Shown here piece after piece: positions 20,044 through 30,771 of a stretch of 64,000 nt of DNA. A program made the translations under genes and the position numbers. The stretch is from assembly GCA_963718235.1 (NCBI GenBank), contig CAVQYR010000001.1, positions 1,152,001 through 1,216,000 on the forward strand, written 5' to 3'. Positions within the stretch are counted from its first letter, which is position 1. Every line of letters begins with the position of its first letter. The stretch comes from an uncultured Actinomycetota bacterium. GTDB lineage: Bacteria; Actinomycetota; Actinomycetes; JAHEKZ01. The notes under the pieces are model-generated. The model was not told the DNA's origin. It did not search any database and worked only from the letters and a program-made list of their open reading frames with translations.

Positions 20044-21160
20044 GGGTGGGTGATGCCGTGCTGGTCTGGGTCAGGCCGCCGGTGACCAGGATCGAGCCGT
20101 TGCGCAGTCGTACGGCTCCGAAGTTGGTCGAGGGTTTGGGCATCTTCGTCCACAGAACCCATCGACGTTGACCGGGACGCCAGAGAAAGCCGGTCGCCGT
20201 GGGTTGGAGGGCGCGGTTCAGGCCGCCCAGAACCAGTGGGCGGCCGCGAAGCGCCGCGACCTGCATGTCGCCACGGGCGGCCGGGAGCGGTGCGACTGGG
20301 CGCCAGGTATTGCTCACGGGGTTGAACTCCGCCACTGATCGGCTCACGCCCGTCTGCGCCGATCCTCCGGCGATGGCGAGTACGTGACCATTCGGGAGCC
20401 GGAACAACAGCGGTTCCTGCCCGCCACGGAACTGACCGGCAGGTCGCCATACATGCTGCTTCACCACGTACCGCTCAGCGGTGCGCAGGCGCGTGGTCGA
20501 ATCGAAGGCGTCGCCCGCAACGAGGATGTCACCGTTGGGTAGGCGAGCCGACGATCCGAAGACCCGGGGCTTCGACATCGGGTCAGTCCTGCGCCATCGG
20601 TTGGTCTTGGGGTTGAAGACTTCAGCTGTGGTCGAAGAGGTCGTGAAGTAGCCCCCGGCCACCAGAACTCGCCCGTCGGGAAGCAGTTCGGCAATCGCAC
20701 CGTCTCGGCGGTCGTTCATTGGTGCGGCATACGTCCAACGGTTCGTCACCGGATGGTAGATCTCCGCCGATCGCAACACCCGAGAGCCATCCGCGCCGCC
20801 CGCCACCAGCACCCGGCCGTCACGCAGAACGACGGCACTCGCGAAGCATCGCGCGCGGTGCATCCTGCTCGCAGGAGCCCAACTGTTGGTCACCGGGGAA
20901 TACAGGTCGGCGGAACGCTTGCAGCCGGAGACAGTCGCATCCCCACCGCCCGCAACCAGCACCCGCTCGTCGTGGAGCCGCACCGTGATCTGGTTCCATC
21001 GCGAATGTGGCATCGGCCCAACCGACACCCACGAACCGTGCGTCACACCTACCCGGACGGTCTGCGAGGCCGCCACGGAACCACTCGCCGGCGCGACAGA
21101 CCCCACGGCCAGCGCCGCGCAAGCCAGCAACGGAAGGGCAACCCCCCGAGCCCTGAACAT
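20009..21160 (-). CDS. Secreted Kelch-repeat beta-propeller protein
   Basis: Signal peptide plus about six L.DGRVLVAGG...AE.Y.P.TN.W repeats. Confidence 0.9.
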   Translation of the reverse strand: MFRARGVALPLLACAALAVGSVAPASGSVAASQTVRVGVTHGSWVSVGPMPHSRWNQITVRLHDERVLVAGGGDATVSGCKRSADLYSPVTNSWAPASRMHRARCFASAVVLRDGRVLVAGGADGSRVLRSAEIYHPVTNRWTYAAPMNDRRDGAIAELLPDGRVLVAGGYFTTSSTTAEVFNPKTNRWRRTDPMSKPRVFGSSARLPNGDILVAGDAFDSTTRLRTAERYVVKQHVWRPAGQFRGGQEPLLFRLPNGHVLAIAGGSAQTGVSRSVAEFNPVSNTWRPVAPLPAARGDMQVAALRGRPLVLGGLNRALQPTATGFLWRPGQRRWVLWTKMPKPSTNFGAVRLRNGSILVTGGLTQTSTASPTPTKYAFRYHPG

Positions 21161-21346
21161 GTCGAATCTCCCTCCTACCCGTGGGCAGTCTCCACGGTGA
21201 CCGGTGAACGTCCCAGAGGCAGAGGTCCCTTGGCCGGCGAGCACTTGACAACAGACGGCACCGCCGCCGAACCAAGGCCGGCGCCCAGGGCCGGTTCCTG
21301 CTGCATGACTGCACTTCGGAGCGACATCTACAGACGGTGTCCTGTG

Positions 21347-21757
21347 CTACTGCGTTGTTCCGGGTCCGAGAGTCAGTTCGTGGCGCGACTCCCTGCCTCC
21401 CGTGCGACAGACGAACACATACCGACCCGCCGCCATCCTCACGTACCTTCCGTGGCCGCGAACAACTGTCGCATCGCGTTCCGTCCCGCTCTTGTCCACG
21501 ATCCGCGCCACAGGGCGCTTCGACGGCCAAGGGCCGTAGACCGTCAAGGTGGCCTTACCAGGCATCTCGCTCCAGAACAGGATGCCGTGGGTTCCCGCGG
21601 TGTACCCGTAGTCCTGCACCAGGCATCGGCCGTGGCGCAGGATGACTTCGATGCCTGCCATGTCAGGGGTTACCTCGTCGCCCATGCATCCCCCGAGCAC
21701 CAGCGCCACGAGTGGCCCCAGCGCTCGCCCGAGAGCACCTGCCCAACGCGTCTGCAT
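21347..21757 (-). CDS. Hypothetical lipoprotein
   Basis: Hydrophobic leader ending LGGC; GGAGG before ATG. Confidence 0.5.
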   Translation of the reverse strand: MQTRWAGALGRALGPLVALVLGGCMGDEVTPDMAGIEVILRHGRCLVQDYGYTAGTHGILFWSEMPGKATLTVYGPWPSKRPVARIVDKSGTERDATVVRGHGRYVRMAAGRYVFVCRTGGRESRHELTLGPGTTQ

Positions 21758-21994
21758 GGCCTCTTCTGACTGTTGCCGCCAGCCTCGCTCAGATGCCGCG
21801 GTGGAAGCCAGAGTCCAACGTCCATAGGTGACGTCGGGAGTCCGCCCTGCTCGCACTTCTCCTCGGCCCGGTGAAGGCCCCCGCCACGGCACATAGCCAC
21901 TACTTGCGTTCGTTCCCTAGCTCGCGCCTAATGCCGGATATCGCTCTTCCCGGGTGGCCTTTCGGGCGCGCTTCGGTTACGGGATCATGCTGGG

Positions 21995-22603
21995 GTGAAG
22001 TGGTCGACCGCGGTGGGGCATGTCCGCAGGTTGGCGGAGCAGTGCGCTGAGATGGCCGAGCTGCCTTCGAGCCTGCGCCTGCTGCGTGTCACCGAATTGT
22101 GGGCGGTCGGTGACGTGCTGGGTGCTCCGCGGGACTTGGACTGGGTGACGGCTGCGGTGTGCGTGGATCTCCCGGTCGGGCAGGTGCCGTGGATGTGTCG
22201 GCCCGTGGGTGCGGATCGTTGGGCTGAGATGACGCGGGCGTCGAAGAACCCGGTTGGCGTGTGGTGGCGCTCGACACACGCCCCGGTGTGGAACCACCAG
22301 ATCGTGCGCCCGGTGCTGATCTGGGACCAGGTGGCCGGCATCCGCGAGGAGGCGTTGACGGCGATCCGTGAGGGCCGCGGCTCAGCTGCGGGCCTGGCTG
22401 CACCGAGTGAGGAGGAGTGCGTGGCACGCATGGACGAGGAGCTGCAGACGAGCCTGGCGGAGTTGCAGTGCCGCACTGGGGAGTACGAGACGGAGCACAC
22501 GACCCGTCTCGGGGTCCGCGCCGACGCCCTGTTCGCCGCCGCGCAGGGGTATCTCGACGTCCTGGCCGCCCAGCAGCCGCCTCGGCTGGGTGACCAGCCC
22601 TGA
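21995..22603 (+). CDS. Hypothetical protein
   Basis: 202-aa ORF with protein-like composition filling the gap. Confidence 0.7.
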   Translation: MKWSTAVGHVRRLAEQCAEMAELPSSLRLLRVTELWAVGDVLGAPRDLDWVTAAVCVDLPVGQVPWMCRPVGADRWAEMTRASKNPVGVWWRSTHAPVWNHQIVRPVLIWDQVAGIREEALTAIREGRGSAAGLAAPSEEECVARMDEELQTSLAELQCRTGEYETEHTTRLGVRADALFAAAQGYLDVLAAQQPPRLGDQP

Positions 22604-22615
22604 CCTGGCGGCGGG

Positions 22616-23390
22616 TTATGCAGCTCCGGCGATGAAGGCGGCGACGATGTAGTTGGCGTGGCGGTCGAGGTTGCCGCCGGCTCGGTCGTAGCGGGTGGTG
22701 GTGCTGGGGTCGGCGTGGCGGGCGGCGATCTGGACGTCGCGTAGGGGGACGCCGGCGTCCAGTGCGGCGGCGACGTAGGCGTGGCGTAGGGCGTGGCAGC
22801 CGACCTTGTGGTCGATGCCGGCCTTCTTGGCCAGGCGGGCGACGATGCGGGCGGCGGCGTTGCGGTCCACCCGGTGCCCGGTGCGGGTGCGGATCAGCGG
22901 CCCGGTCAGGCGGTCGGCGGCGGCCAGGTCCAGGGTGCGGGCCACCGGGACGGGCAGCGGGATCAAGGCGGGTTTGTTGCCCTTGCCGATCACGTGCAGG
23001 GTGCGGCGGCCCCGCTCAGCGCCGAGGTCGTCGATGTTGACCCCGCACGCTTCGGACACCCGCAGCCCGAGCAGGCCGAGCAGGGTGATCAGCGCGGCCT
23101 CGTCCGGGCCGGCGGCGCGGGCGGTGGCGACCAGGGCTCCCAGCTGCATGCGGTCCAGCCCCAGGGCTTGGGACTCCTCTGGCACGTGGGGCCGGCGCAC
23201 GTACTCCGCTGGGGAGCGGTCCAGGTAGCCGTCGATCGCGGCGAACCGGTAGAACCCGACCACCGTCGAGAGCCGCCGGGCGGTGGTGGCAGGGGCGTAG
23301 CCGCGCTCTTCCTCCATCCACCGCACGTACAGCTCCACGTGCGGGCGGGTCATCGCGAACACCTCCATCTGCCGGGTCTGGCACCAGCCG
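22616..23390 (-). pseudogene. XerC-like tyrosine recombinase, N-terminally truncated
   Basis: LGLRVSEA, GKGNK, HALRH, RHAD...TTRY catalytic set intact; recognisable sequence stops just upstream of WCQTRQ. Confidence 0.8.
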
Positions 23391-23625
23391 ATGCTCCCGG
23401 GTCCGCTTCGGCAGCGGCTCGGGACGGACCAGAGTCGCGGAATCGGACACTGCGGACCTCCAGGAGAGACGGGAAAGGAAGCCCGTACTCATCCAGAAGG
23501 CGGCGCATCGGTCCAGCAATCCGGTTCGACAACCGAGGAAGAACCAGCATTAGGTGCGGTCGGGGATGGGGTCGACCTTGCGAGTTTGAGGCCGTGCCCG
23601 GGCTTCGTCGTGTTGTCATGGAGAG

Positions 23626-24120
23626 GTGAAGATGCCCTCCCGCAGACGTCCTCTGGCTGCGGTGGCCGTCGTGGCCGTCATCGTGCTCGTGGCGGGAGGT
23701 TGGTTGCTCCGCCCAGCATTGGCACATCCCGGAGAGCACTTCGTGGCTGGCGGAGCGGGGTTGACGGGTTCGGTATCCCTGCAGCCGGGACTCATGGCGG
23801 GCGAGACGGCGTACGCCGATGCCAGCGGCTCATGTTTGTACGACGCTGGCAGGCACGTTGCTCTGGTGCCGGTGCAGGTCAAGGGGCGTGGCGAAGGAGC
23901 GATGACACTCCACGTCACCGCGACGGTCGCGAAGCAGGCGTCCGGTGACGAAGCCATCCAGACCGCTGACACTGACATCCCTTACCAAGCCTCGGCGCAC
24001 GGCCACATGGGGACGTGGATCCAGATCCCGTTGGACCAGGCAGCCTGGCAGGCCGGAGCGACCGACTGCCGGGTGCGCTGGACGATGACCGCCGGTGCCT
24101 GGTTTCCCAACGACGATTGA
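23626..24120 (+). CDS. Secreted or membrane-anchored hypothetical protein
   Basis: Basic N-terminus plus hydrophobic helix; GGAGAGG before start. Confidence 0.65.
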   Translation: MKMPSRRRPLAAVAVVAVIVLVAGGWLLRPALAHPGEHFVAGGAGLTGSVSLQPGLMAGETAYADASGSCLYDAGRHVALVPVQVKGRGEGAMTLHVTATVAKQASGDEAIQTADTDIPYQASAHGHMGTWIQIPLDQAAWQAGATDCRVRWTMTAGAWFPNDD

Positions 24121-24190
24121 CCACCCGGCCCAGCCCGTAAGTGCCGATAGGGAGTGGTCCGACACCGACCGAGCAGGCCCGTGTCACGGG

Positions 24191-24508
24191 CTAGGAACCG
24201 GGCATGTCCAGCATCTGCAAGATCTCGATCGAGCCGATCTGGTTGTGGGGGTGACCCGAGAGCACAGCTCGGACCGCATCCACGTCCTCGGCTTGGAGGA
24301 TCGAGTACCCGCCGACCCAGCCCGCCGGACCCGGGTCCTCATCGCTCGTCGGTTGGGTCGGGACGCCCCAGTCGACGAGAGCATCCCCAGCGGCCGCACC
24401 CCAAGCCATCCAGGCGTCCATGCTCGCCTGGCGCTCCTCGGGGGTCGTGCTCGCCATCTGCTCACCCATGGACATCGTGGAGCGGTAGAGCACAAGGAAC
24501 TTCTGCAT
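24191..24508 (-). CDS. YciI-like protein
   Basis: KFLVLYR...WMAW...GGYSILQAED...HPH; GAGGA RBS. Confidence 0.75.
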   Translation of the reverse strand: MQKFLVLYRSTMSMGEQMASTTPEERQASMDAWMAWGAAAGDALVDWGVPTQPTSDEDPGPAGWVGGYSILQAEDVDAVRAVLSGHPHNQIGSIEILQMLDMPGS

Positions 24509-24967
24509 GGCTTAGTCCTCTCGGTTGAGGCCCACGGCGAATGCCGGAGACCGTCAGCGTCGCCCAGCCGCGCCTTCATGGCAAGGGTCAACTGCAAGCA
24601 CTCAGGCGACGCGAGGCACCCTGCCGATGTGCCGTTAGGCATCATCCGCGTTGAGGGGTCGTCAGGCTCGACCTGGGGCGTCGTCGAGGTAACAGTCGGT
24701 GTGCCGGGAGATGGGCTTGAACGCGCCGAGGCTCTCCTTGCCGGGCGGCTGGTGGATGACCAGGGCCTCGCCCGCGGCGGGTCGTGCATAGGGCCGATCG
24801 CTGGTGCAGACCGAGCGCGTTGTCCGGCATCTGGCGCGGCTTACGAGCGCCTGGGGACCTATGGCCCAGTGAAGTCGGTCTGATTCGAGACGAGCATGGG
24901 TCGGGGCGGTCGCATGAGCCCGACAGTGTTGCCGCTTCTTCCGGAGCCTGGAAGGAGGTCGGTGTCG

Positions 24968-25921
24968 ATGTCCGTTAGCCACCATCTGACCCATCCTTCG
25001 GACACCTTGCTTGGTGCCGATCCGTGCCACGATGTCGAGAGCCTTTCGGCTGAGGTTGCCCTCTACGGTGTGCCTTGGGATGCCGGGAGCGTGAACATGC
25101 TTGTGGCACCGGGGACCCGCTTCGGTCCGACCGCACTTCGTCGCAACAACGTCAGACTTGGCGGGTGTGTCGCCGACGCACACATCATCGACCTGGAGAC
25201 AGGCAAGGAGCGGCTCGACGGATGCACCTTGGCCGACCTCGGTGATATCGACCTGATGCCATCGCTGGGAGCCGAAGAGAACTTCGAACGGATCACTGAG
25301 GTGGCCCGGCTGGTTGCTTCCCGTGACGCGTTGCCCGTCGCGGTTGGCGGCGATCACTCGATCAGCTTCCCCGCTGGTCGTGGAGCGATGTCCCGCTACG
25401 ACAGCGTCGACATCGTGCATCTCGACGCGCACGCAGACTTCGACGACGAGATTGGCGGCTCCAAACTGACTCATGGTTCAAACCTGCGACGGCTCTCTGA
25501 ACTGCCTAACGTTCGGTACATCACCGCCCTCGGGCTCCGTCACGTGTGGCGAACCGCGTACGAGCCGATGCTCGAGTACGGAGTGAAGTTCGCGTCATCT
25601 CGTCTGATGTTCCAGGAATCACCTACCGACATCGTCGGCCAGCTGGTCCCGAAAGCAGAGAACATCTACGTCAGCATCGACATCGACGTGCTCGACGCCT
25701 CCGTCGTCCCCGGAACCTCACTACCCGAACCCGGCGGGTTGACCTACAACATGCTCATCGAGACCCTCGCAGCCGTCGCCACGCGAGGCCGGATCATTGG
25801 GGTGGACATCGTCGAGATCAATCCGATGAACGACGCCAGCAATAGCTACTCGATGGCAGCGCGAGTCTCGTCGTGGGTCCTGTTTGAGTTCCTTTCTGCG
25901 ATCCGCGAGGCGCGCCTATAG
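24968..25921 (+). CDS. Agmatinase/ureohydrolase (arginase family)
   Basis: GTRFGP, GGDHS, DAHAD, SIDIDVLD, DIVEINP; GGAGG upstream. Confidence 0.9.
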   Translation: MSVSHHLTHPSDTLLGADPCHDVESLSAEVALYGVPWDAGSVNMLVAPGTRFGPTALRRNNVRLGGCVADAHIIDLETGKERLDGCTLADLGDIDLMPSLGAEENFERITEVARLVASRDALPVAVGGDHSISFPAGRGAMSRYDSVDIVHLDAHADFDDEIGGSKLTHGSNLRRLSELPNVRYITALGLRHVWRTAYEPMLEYGVKFASSRLMFQESPTDIVGQLVPKAENIYVSIDIDVLDASVVPGTSLPEPGGLTYNMLIETLAAVATRGRIIGVDIVEINPMNDASNSYSMAARVSSWVLFEFLSAIREARL

Positions 25922-25999
25922 TCGAGCCAAAGCCGACAGCCCCCAAGGAAGAGCTGAGGGCCGCACCGAGGTGCCGTTCGGCGCGGTCCGGTTGCACGT

Positions 26000-26180
26000 A
26001 TCGCTGGGTAGATCGCTGCTCGGCCAAGGACGATGCCCTATCGCCCTCGGCCGCTATGCCGAGGCCGCACCCGTCCTGCAGCAGGCGCGGATCATCTTCG
26101 AAGGACTCCACGCCACCCCCGCCCTCGCCCTCGCCGACATCGACAACCTCCTCGGCGAAGCCACCGCGCTGAGTTCCTGA
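26000..26180 (+). pseudogene. C-terminal TPR-like fragment of a larger protein
   Basis: LLGQGRC.IALGRYAEAAPVLQQARIIF with no credible start. Confidence 0.45.
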
Positions 26181-26243
26181 GCTGTCTGGGCGGGATCGAC
26201 CGGTGGCCTCGTTCCGTCCGTTCAACTGCCGATCGTGTGTTTC

Positions 26244-26430
26244 TCAGGCCGCTGAACCCCAGCGGGCAGACCGAAGCCCCCGGTACACCGACGCCCGACT
26301 CACCCCGAGCACCCGCGCGATGGTGGCGACGTCATGCTCACCGGACTCGTGCATCGCCTTCGCAGTGGCCAGCTTCTCCGCAGTCCACACGGTCGGCCGC
26401 CCACCCGTACGGACACGGGCCCGAGCCGCC
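26244..26430 (-). pseudogene. Serine resolvase C-terminal HTH fragment
   Basis: AARAR.RTGGRP...IARVLGVSRASVYRGL. Confidence 0.75.
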
Positions 26431-26540
26431 CCAAACCAGCATGCGGGCGTTCGCGCTTCGGGTCCGCTCGGGCGGGGCGAAGGCCTCTGGGCACCGTCCA
26501 ACCTCGGGGAACATGATGAACCAAGAGCGGGAGGTTAGCC

Positions 26541-26888
26541 ATGAGCGCCCCAGAAGCCGAACGCCCGACCCGAATGCCCTGGCTTCGGCGAGCGTGGGTC
26601 GCCGTCGCCGTGATTCCACTTGTCTTCGTGCTTTCCAGTGCTGTGGGCTTCAGTCTGTACAAGGCGACGAACTCCCCGCGCGAGAACATCGACGCTTCCC
26701 TGTGGATGGACCTGTTCAGCGGCGTGCTGTCCGCCGCGATCTTCCTGGTGCCTTGCGCGGCGGCAGCGATCTACGGGAAGCGGGCGATCAGCGATGACGA
26801 CAGGCGCGGCTTGGTCCCTGCAGTCATCGGGGCACTGGCGGGTCTGGGGTACACGGTCGTCGCACTCGTTGCGCTGATTGCCGCCTAG
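26541..26888 (+). CDS. Small membrane protein
   Basis: Three hydrophobic segments; GGAGG RBS. Confidence 0.7.
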   Translation: MSAPEAERPTRMPWLRRAWVAVAVIPLVFVLSSAVGFSLYKATNSPRENIDASLWMDLFSGVLSAAIFLVPCAAAAIYGKRAISDDDRRGLVPAVIGALAGLGYTVVALVALIAA

Positions 26889-27035
26889 TTGATCTGTTCA
26901 TGGACGCTGTTGACACGAGTTGAGACCTCCGGCGAGGTATTCACTCCCTCTTCCGCTGGGCAAGCACGCGACTGAACCGACCCATGTGCCATTCCAGGGC
27001 TGGTCTGATGGCGTGACGTGAAGCGGTTCTTGGTC

Positions 27036-27440
27036 TTAGAAGACGCCCGCGTGGTGCTCGGCCACCGGTAGGCCGGTGTCGCGCCAGGCCGCCAGGCCGC
27101 CGTCGATGCTGGCGACGCTTTGGTAGCCGATCTGGCTCAGGGTGACTGCGGCCAGGGCGGCTCGTCCCCCGGTGTTGCAGTAGACGATCACGCGTCGGGT
27201 CGGGTCCAAGCCCACCTGCAGGCTGGCCGGGAGTCGAGGGCCGCATTCTGGGTCGGCGACGAACTCCAATAGCCCCCGGGGCACCAGGACGGCCCCGGAG
27301 ATGTGGACCTCCGACTCGTTCGGTTCGCGGACGTCGACTAGCAGTGGCACACCGGTTGCCAACTCGTTCTGGGCGTCCTGGGGTGAGATGAGTTCGATGC
27401 TGGTCTTGGCTTGCTCCACCAGGTCACGGGTGGACTTCAT
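27036..27440 (-). CDS. Rhodanese-like domain protein
   Basis: LVDVREPNE, VPRGLLEF, YCNTGGR, GGLAAW. Confidence 0.88.
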   Translation of the reverse strand: MKSTRDLVEQAKTSIELISPQDAQNELATGVPLLVDVREPNESEVHISGAVLVPRGLLEFVADPECGPRLPASLQVGLDPTRRVIVYCNTGGRAALAAVTLSQIGYQSVASIDGGLAAWRDTGLPVAEHHAGVF

Positions 27441-27563
27441 GGCGCACCACACCTTCTGTCGGAGGCGGTCCGGCCGACCTCACTGCCTCCAGGCTGCCCA
27501 GCCGCAACCCACCAGCGATAGGACCGATGGTCCGGACCTGGAACGGCTGTCCACCACCCCGAA

Positions 27564-27868
27564 GTGCCGATATGCAGCGCTCAGGTGGATTCCTGCGGCG
27601 CTCGTCTGGGCTCGCTTGGTCACCCGGGGCGGACAGCGACGGGCACTGCGTTGAGCGACGACGAAGGCGGTACTGCGAGCGTGGTGAGTGACCTTCGGGC
27701 TCTCCTAGTGACCGTTGGCTATTCCACGCTCCCGTTCAGCGATGAAGCCTCTGACGTGGAATGTGATGCCGCTGATTCCGCCCCGCACGTGGCGTCGATC
27801 GGCGTTTGCGCTGGTCAGGGATCTGGAGCGGGTGACCGGGATCGAACCGGCATGGCCAGCTTGGAAGG
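27564..27868. repeat. 305-bp direct repeat, copy 1 (element end plus att/tRNA-Gly 3' half at 27824-27868)
   Basis: Near-identical to 39373-39677. Confidence 0.95.
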
Positions 27869-27997
27869 GCGGGCTTGTCCGGGTCGTGTCCAAGTCGGTG
27901 ACCTGCAGTCCCTCGTCTTCAGGGGTGTTCTGCACACCTCCTTGTGGGGGCCTCGTGGAAGGAGCAGGGGTCTCTCACGGTCACCAAGGAGGACGAA

Positions 27998-29407
27998 GTG
28001 ATGAAGGACCCCACGATTCACGGCTGGGACGACGGCAAGCATCTCGCTGCAGCAACCGGCGGCGGGCATGACGAGCCTCCTTCTGGTCTCTCGGCTGTCC
28101 GGATTTCCGGGACGACGGGACTGACAGATGGAGGTGTGCACAATGCAGGCGAAGACCGAGGGCCTGGGCCGCGCAAGGCCGCCGGTCGCAGGCGGTCACG
28201 GCGGGTGTTCGGGACGGTGGAGCGGTTGCCGTCGGGTCGGTTCCGGGCTCGGGTGATCGGTCCGGATGGTCGGTATGTGTCGGCGCCGGCGACGTTCGCG
28301 AACCGGACGGATGCTTCGTTGTGGGTGGACGTGCAGCACGCCGACCTGGTTCGCGGCAGTTGGCGGGCGCCGGTCATGGTGTCGGCGTCACCATCGGTGG
28401 CCGTTTACGTGGCGCGGTGGATCGAGGAGCATCCGACCGCCAGGGAGTCGACCAAGGAGCTGTACCGGGGCCTGTTACGCACCTGCATCACCCCGACCAT
28501 GGGTCGCGCCTCGGTGGCGGGGCTGACTGCTGCGGCTGTGAGGCGCTAGCGCCACGCCCTGGGGGAGCGGCTGGCCGCAGACGCCGAACGCCGCCGCGCT
28601 GACCTGCAGACCAAGGGTCGGCAGGGGAGTGCGGCGTCGGTGCGGGACGGCGGCGCGAGGCAGGCGCAGGCGTACCGGTTGCTGCGGGCGGCGATGACCG
28701 CCGCGGTCGGTGATGGGCTGCTGCAGGCGAACCCGTGCACGATCCGCGGCGGCGCCGTCCCGCGTCGGGCGCTCGGCCGGTCTCGGCCGGTCACGGAGCG
28801 TCTGCTTTCCCCGGCCCAGGTCGCCGACGCGGCGGCAGCGATGCCCGCGAGGTATCGGGTGCTGGTGCTGATGGCGGCCTGGTCGGGATTGCGCCAAGGC
28901 GAGCTTCTCGCCCTGACCCGGGCCGACCTGGACCTGGATGCGCTCCCGGCGCGAGTGATGGTTCGCAAGGCGGTGCGCCGCACCGACACCGGCCAGGTGC
29001 GGGTCGATGTGCCTAAGACCGCGTCCTCGGTGCGCACGGTCACGTTGCCCGACCCGCTCACTGGGGCCCTACGGGGACATCTGGAGGAGTTCGTGGCCCT
29101 CGATCGTGAGGCATTGGTGTTCGCCACTCGTACCGGCACGACCCCGGCCCGGTCCAACCTCGGCGCCACCTGGCGCCGCGCCTGCATCAGCGCCGGCGTT
29201 CCACTGGTCCGGTTGCACGACCTACGCCACGTCGCCCAGGTGTTCGCTGCAGAGGCCGGCGCTACCCTGCCCGAGCTGATGGCCAGACTCGGCCACGCCA
29301 CCCCCGCCGCCGCACTGGTGTACCTGCACGCCCGGACCGACCGCGACCTGAAACTCACCCAAGCTCTGGCCACCGCGATGACCGACGCGGCCGGCGCCTC
29401 CGGCTAG
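27998..29407 (+). pseudogene. Tyrosine integrase with a single in-frame TAG at 28547-28549
   Basis: Both ORF halves share a frame; GLRQGELLAL, PKT, HDLRH, LGH, Y motifs; arm-binding-type N-terminus. Confidence 0.88.
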
Positions 29408-29502
29408 CCGAAGCTGACAACGATCCCTGATCAGTGAGCGAATAGTGAGGCGAGCGCGAACGGCACTTCGGTGCGCTCTTTGGGGGCCGCCGACGAGCCC
29501 CC

Positions 29503-29886
29503 TCAGGCGAGAGCAGCCGCATTGGCTGCCTGATCCTCCTGGATGGCCCAGCATTCGACGGCCTTGCCGTCTCGGACGTGCCAGACGAACACGGTTCGGC
29601 CTGAGAAGTGGCGCGGCTTGTCGAACCCGGCTTCTGTCATGACCACGACGTGGTCATCGTCGGCCAGGATCGCGTGGATCTCCTGGTGGAACGTCCCTTC
29701 GGTGATTTGCGCGAGCTTGCCGAAAAGGCCGAATACCTCGTCTCGCCCATGGAAGTCACCACTCAGCACGCTGGTTCCCGGTGCATGCCACGCAATGTCA
29801 TCGGAGAACAGCCCGGCGATGGTATCCATGTCGCCCTTGGCGAATGCCTCGAAGCCCGACTGGATCAACTCAGCGTTTGGGTGCAT
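29503..29886 (-). CDS. SnoaL/NTF2-like protein
   Basis: FEAFAKGDM...DIAWHAPG...HVRDGK. Confidence 0.88.
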   Translation of the reverse strand: MHPNAELIQSGFEAFAKGDMDTIAGLFSDDIAWHAPGTSVLSGDFHGRDEVFGLFGKLAQITEGTFHQEIHAILADDDHVVVMTEAGFDKPRHFSGRTVFVWHVRDGKAVECWAIQEDQAANAAALA

Positions 29887-30019
29887 GTGCGGACTCCCCT
29901 CAAGGGGCCGCAGACGCAGCCCTTGGGCACGGTCTTACACCCTCCTCATGAGGCGGTCAACGGCTTCCTCTGCTCAGAGGGTGGCGTGCACCAGATCGGC
30001 ACATCGGTTCGGGTCCCGC

Positions 30020-30661
30020 CTAGGTCACCTTGAGGATGATGTCCTTCAACTCGATGAGAGCCGCAACCCGATAGGTCGCCGCTGAGAAGTCTTGTCCACT
30101 CGAGAAGTCGTTGTGGACAACGGCGCAGTCGATACCGGCCGCCACGGCCGAGGTCAGTCCTCTGGAGGAATCCTCGACCACCAACGTCTCTTCCTTGGTG
30201 GCTCCGAAGCGCTTCAAGCCGGTCAAGTACGGCTCCGGGTGCGGCTTGGCGTGCTCGTAGTCCTCGCGAACTAGGACGAAGTCCATGAACTTCCTGATCT
30301 GCCGCTTCTCATGGATGAGGTCGAAGTCGACCTTCTTTGCCGTTGTCACGATGGCCATATGGACGAACATCGACAACTCAGCAAGAGCCTCTGCGACACC
30401 ATCGATCTCAATGGCCTCGGTTCTCAGATACTCCTGGTAGTAGCGGTCGCGAACCTCACGCTGTCTGCTGATCGTCTGCTCATCGACGCCCGCGGCCCTG
30501 GCTTGCGCCCAAGTGCCCAGCCCCAGGTTCATATCGCGGAGGTAGCGGTCTCTTTCCAAGATCACACCGATGTCCTCTAGGGCGCGCTCCCCGGCTTTGA
30601 AGTACCAGAATTCGGTGTCGACAAGGACCCCGTCGTGGTCGAAGAGGACGTACTGCTTCAC
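30020..30661 (-). CDS. HAD family phosphatase
   Basis: LFDHDGVLVDTE, KPHPEPY, VVEDS. Confidence 0.92.
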   Translation of the reverse strand: MKQYVLFDHDGVLVDTEFWYFKAGERALEDIGVILERDRYLRDMNLGLGTWAQARAAGVDEQTISRQREVRDRYYQEYLRTEAIEIDGVAEALAELSMFVHMAIVTTAKKVDFDLIHEKRQIRKFMDFVLVREDYEHAKPHPEPYLTGLKRFGATKEETLVVEDSSRGLTSAVAAGIDCAVVHNDFSSGQDFSAATYRVAALIELKDIILKVT

Positions 30662-30771
30662 TCCCGATTCCTTCCGCCATCCGCCCCAGGACACCTCAAC
30701 GGACGGACCGATGATGCCGTTTCATCGCCCCGTGAGGCGAGCCATAGCGGCACGTCGGCAGCGGAGCGCTC

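Larger units (their letters stand above)
18958..27868. mobile_element. Degenerate integrative element 2 between tRNA-Gly att copies
   Basis: Bounded by att repeats; shares its 305-bp end with element 1; carries a TA pair and recombinase/resolvase remnants. Confidence 0.75.

Noticed and set aside
27824-27868. Additional tRNA genes at 27824 and 18913
   Set aside because: Only the 3' 45 nt are present; the D-arm and 5' acceptor strand are missing.
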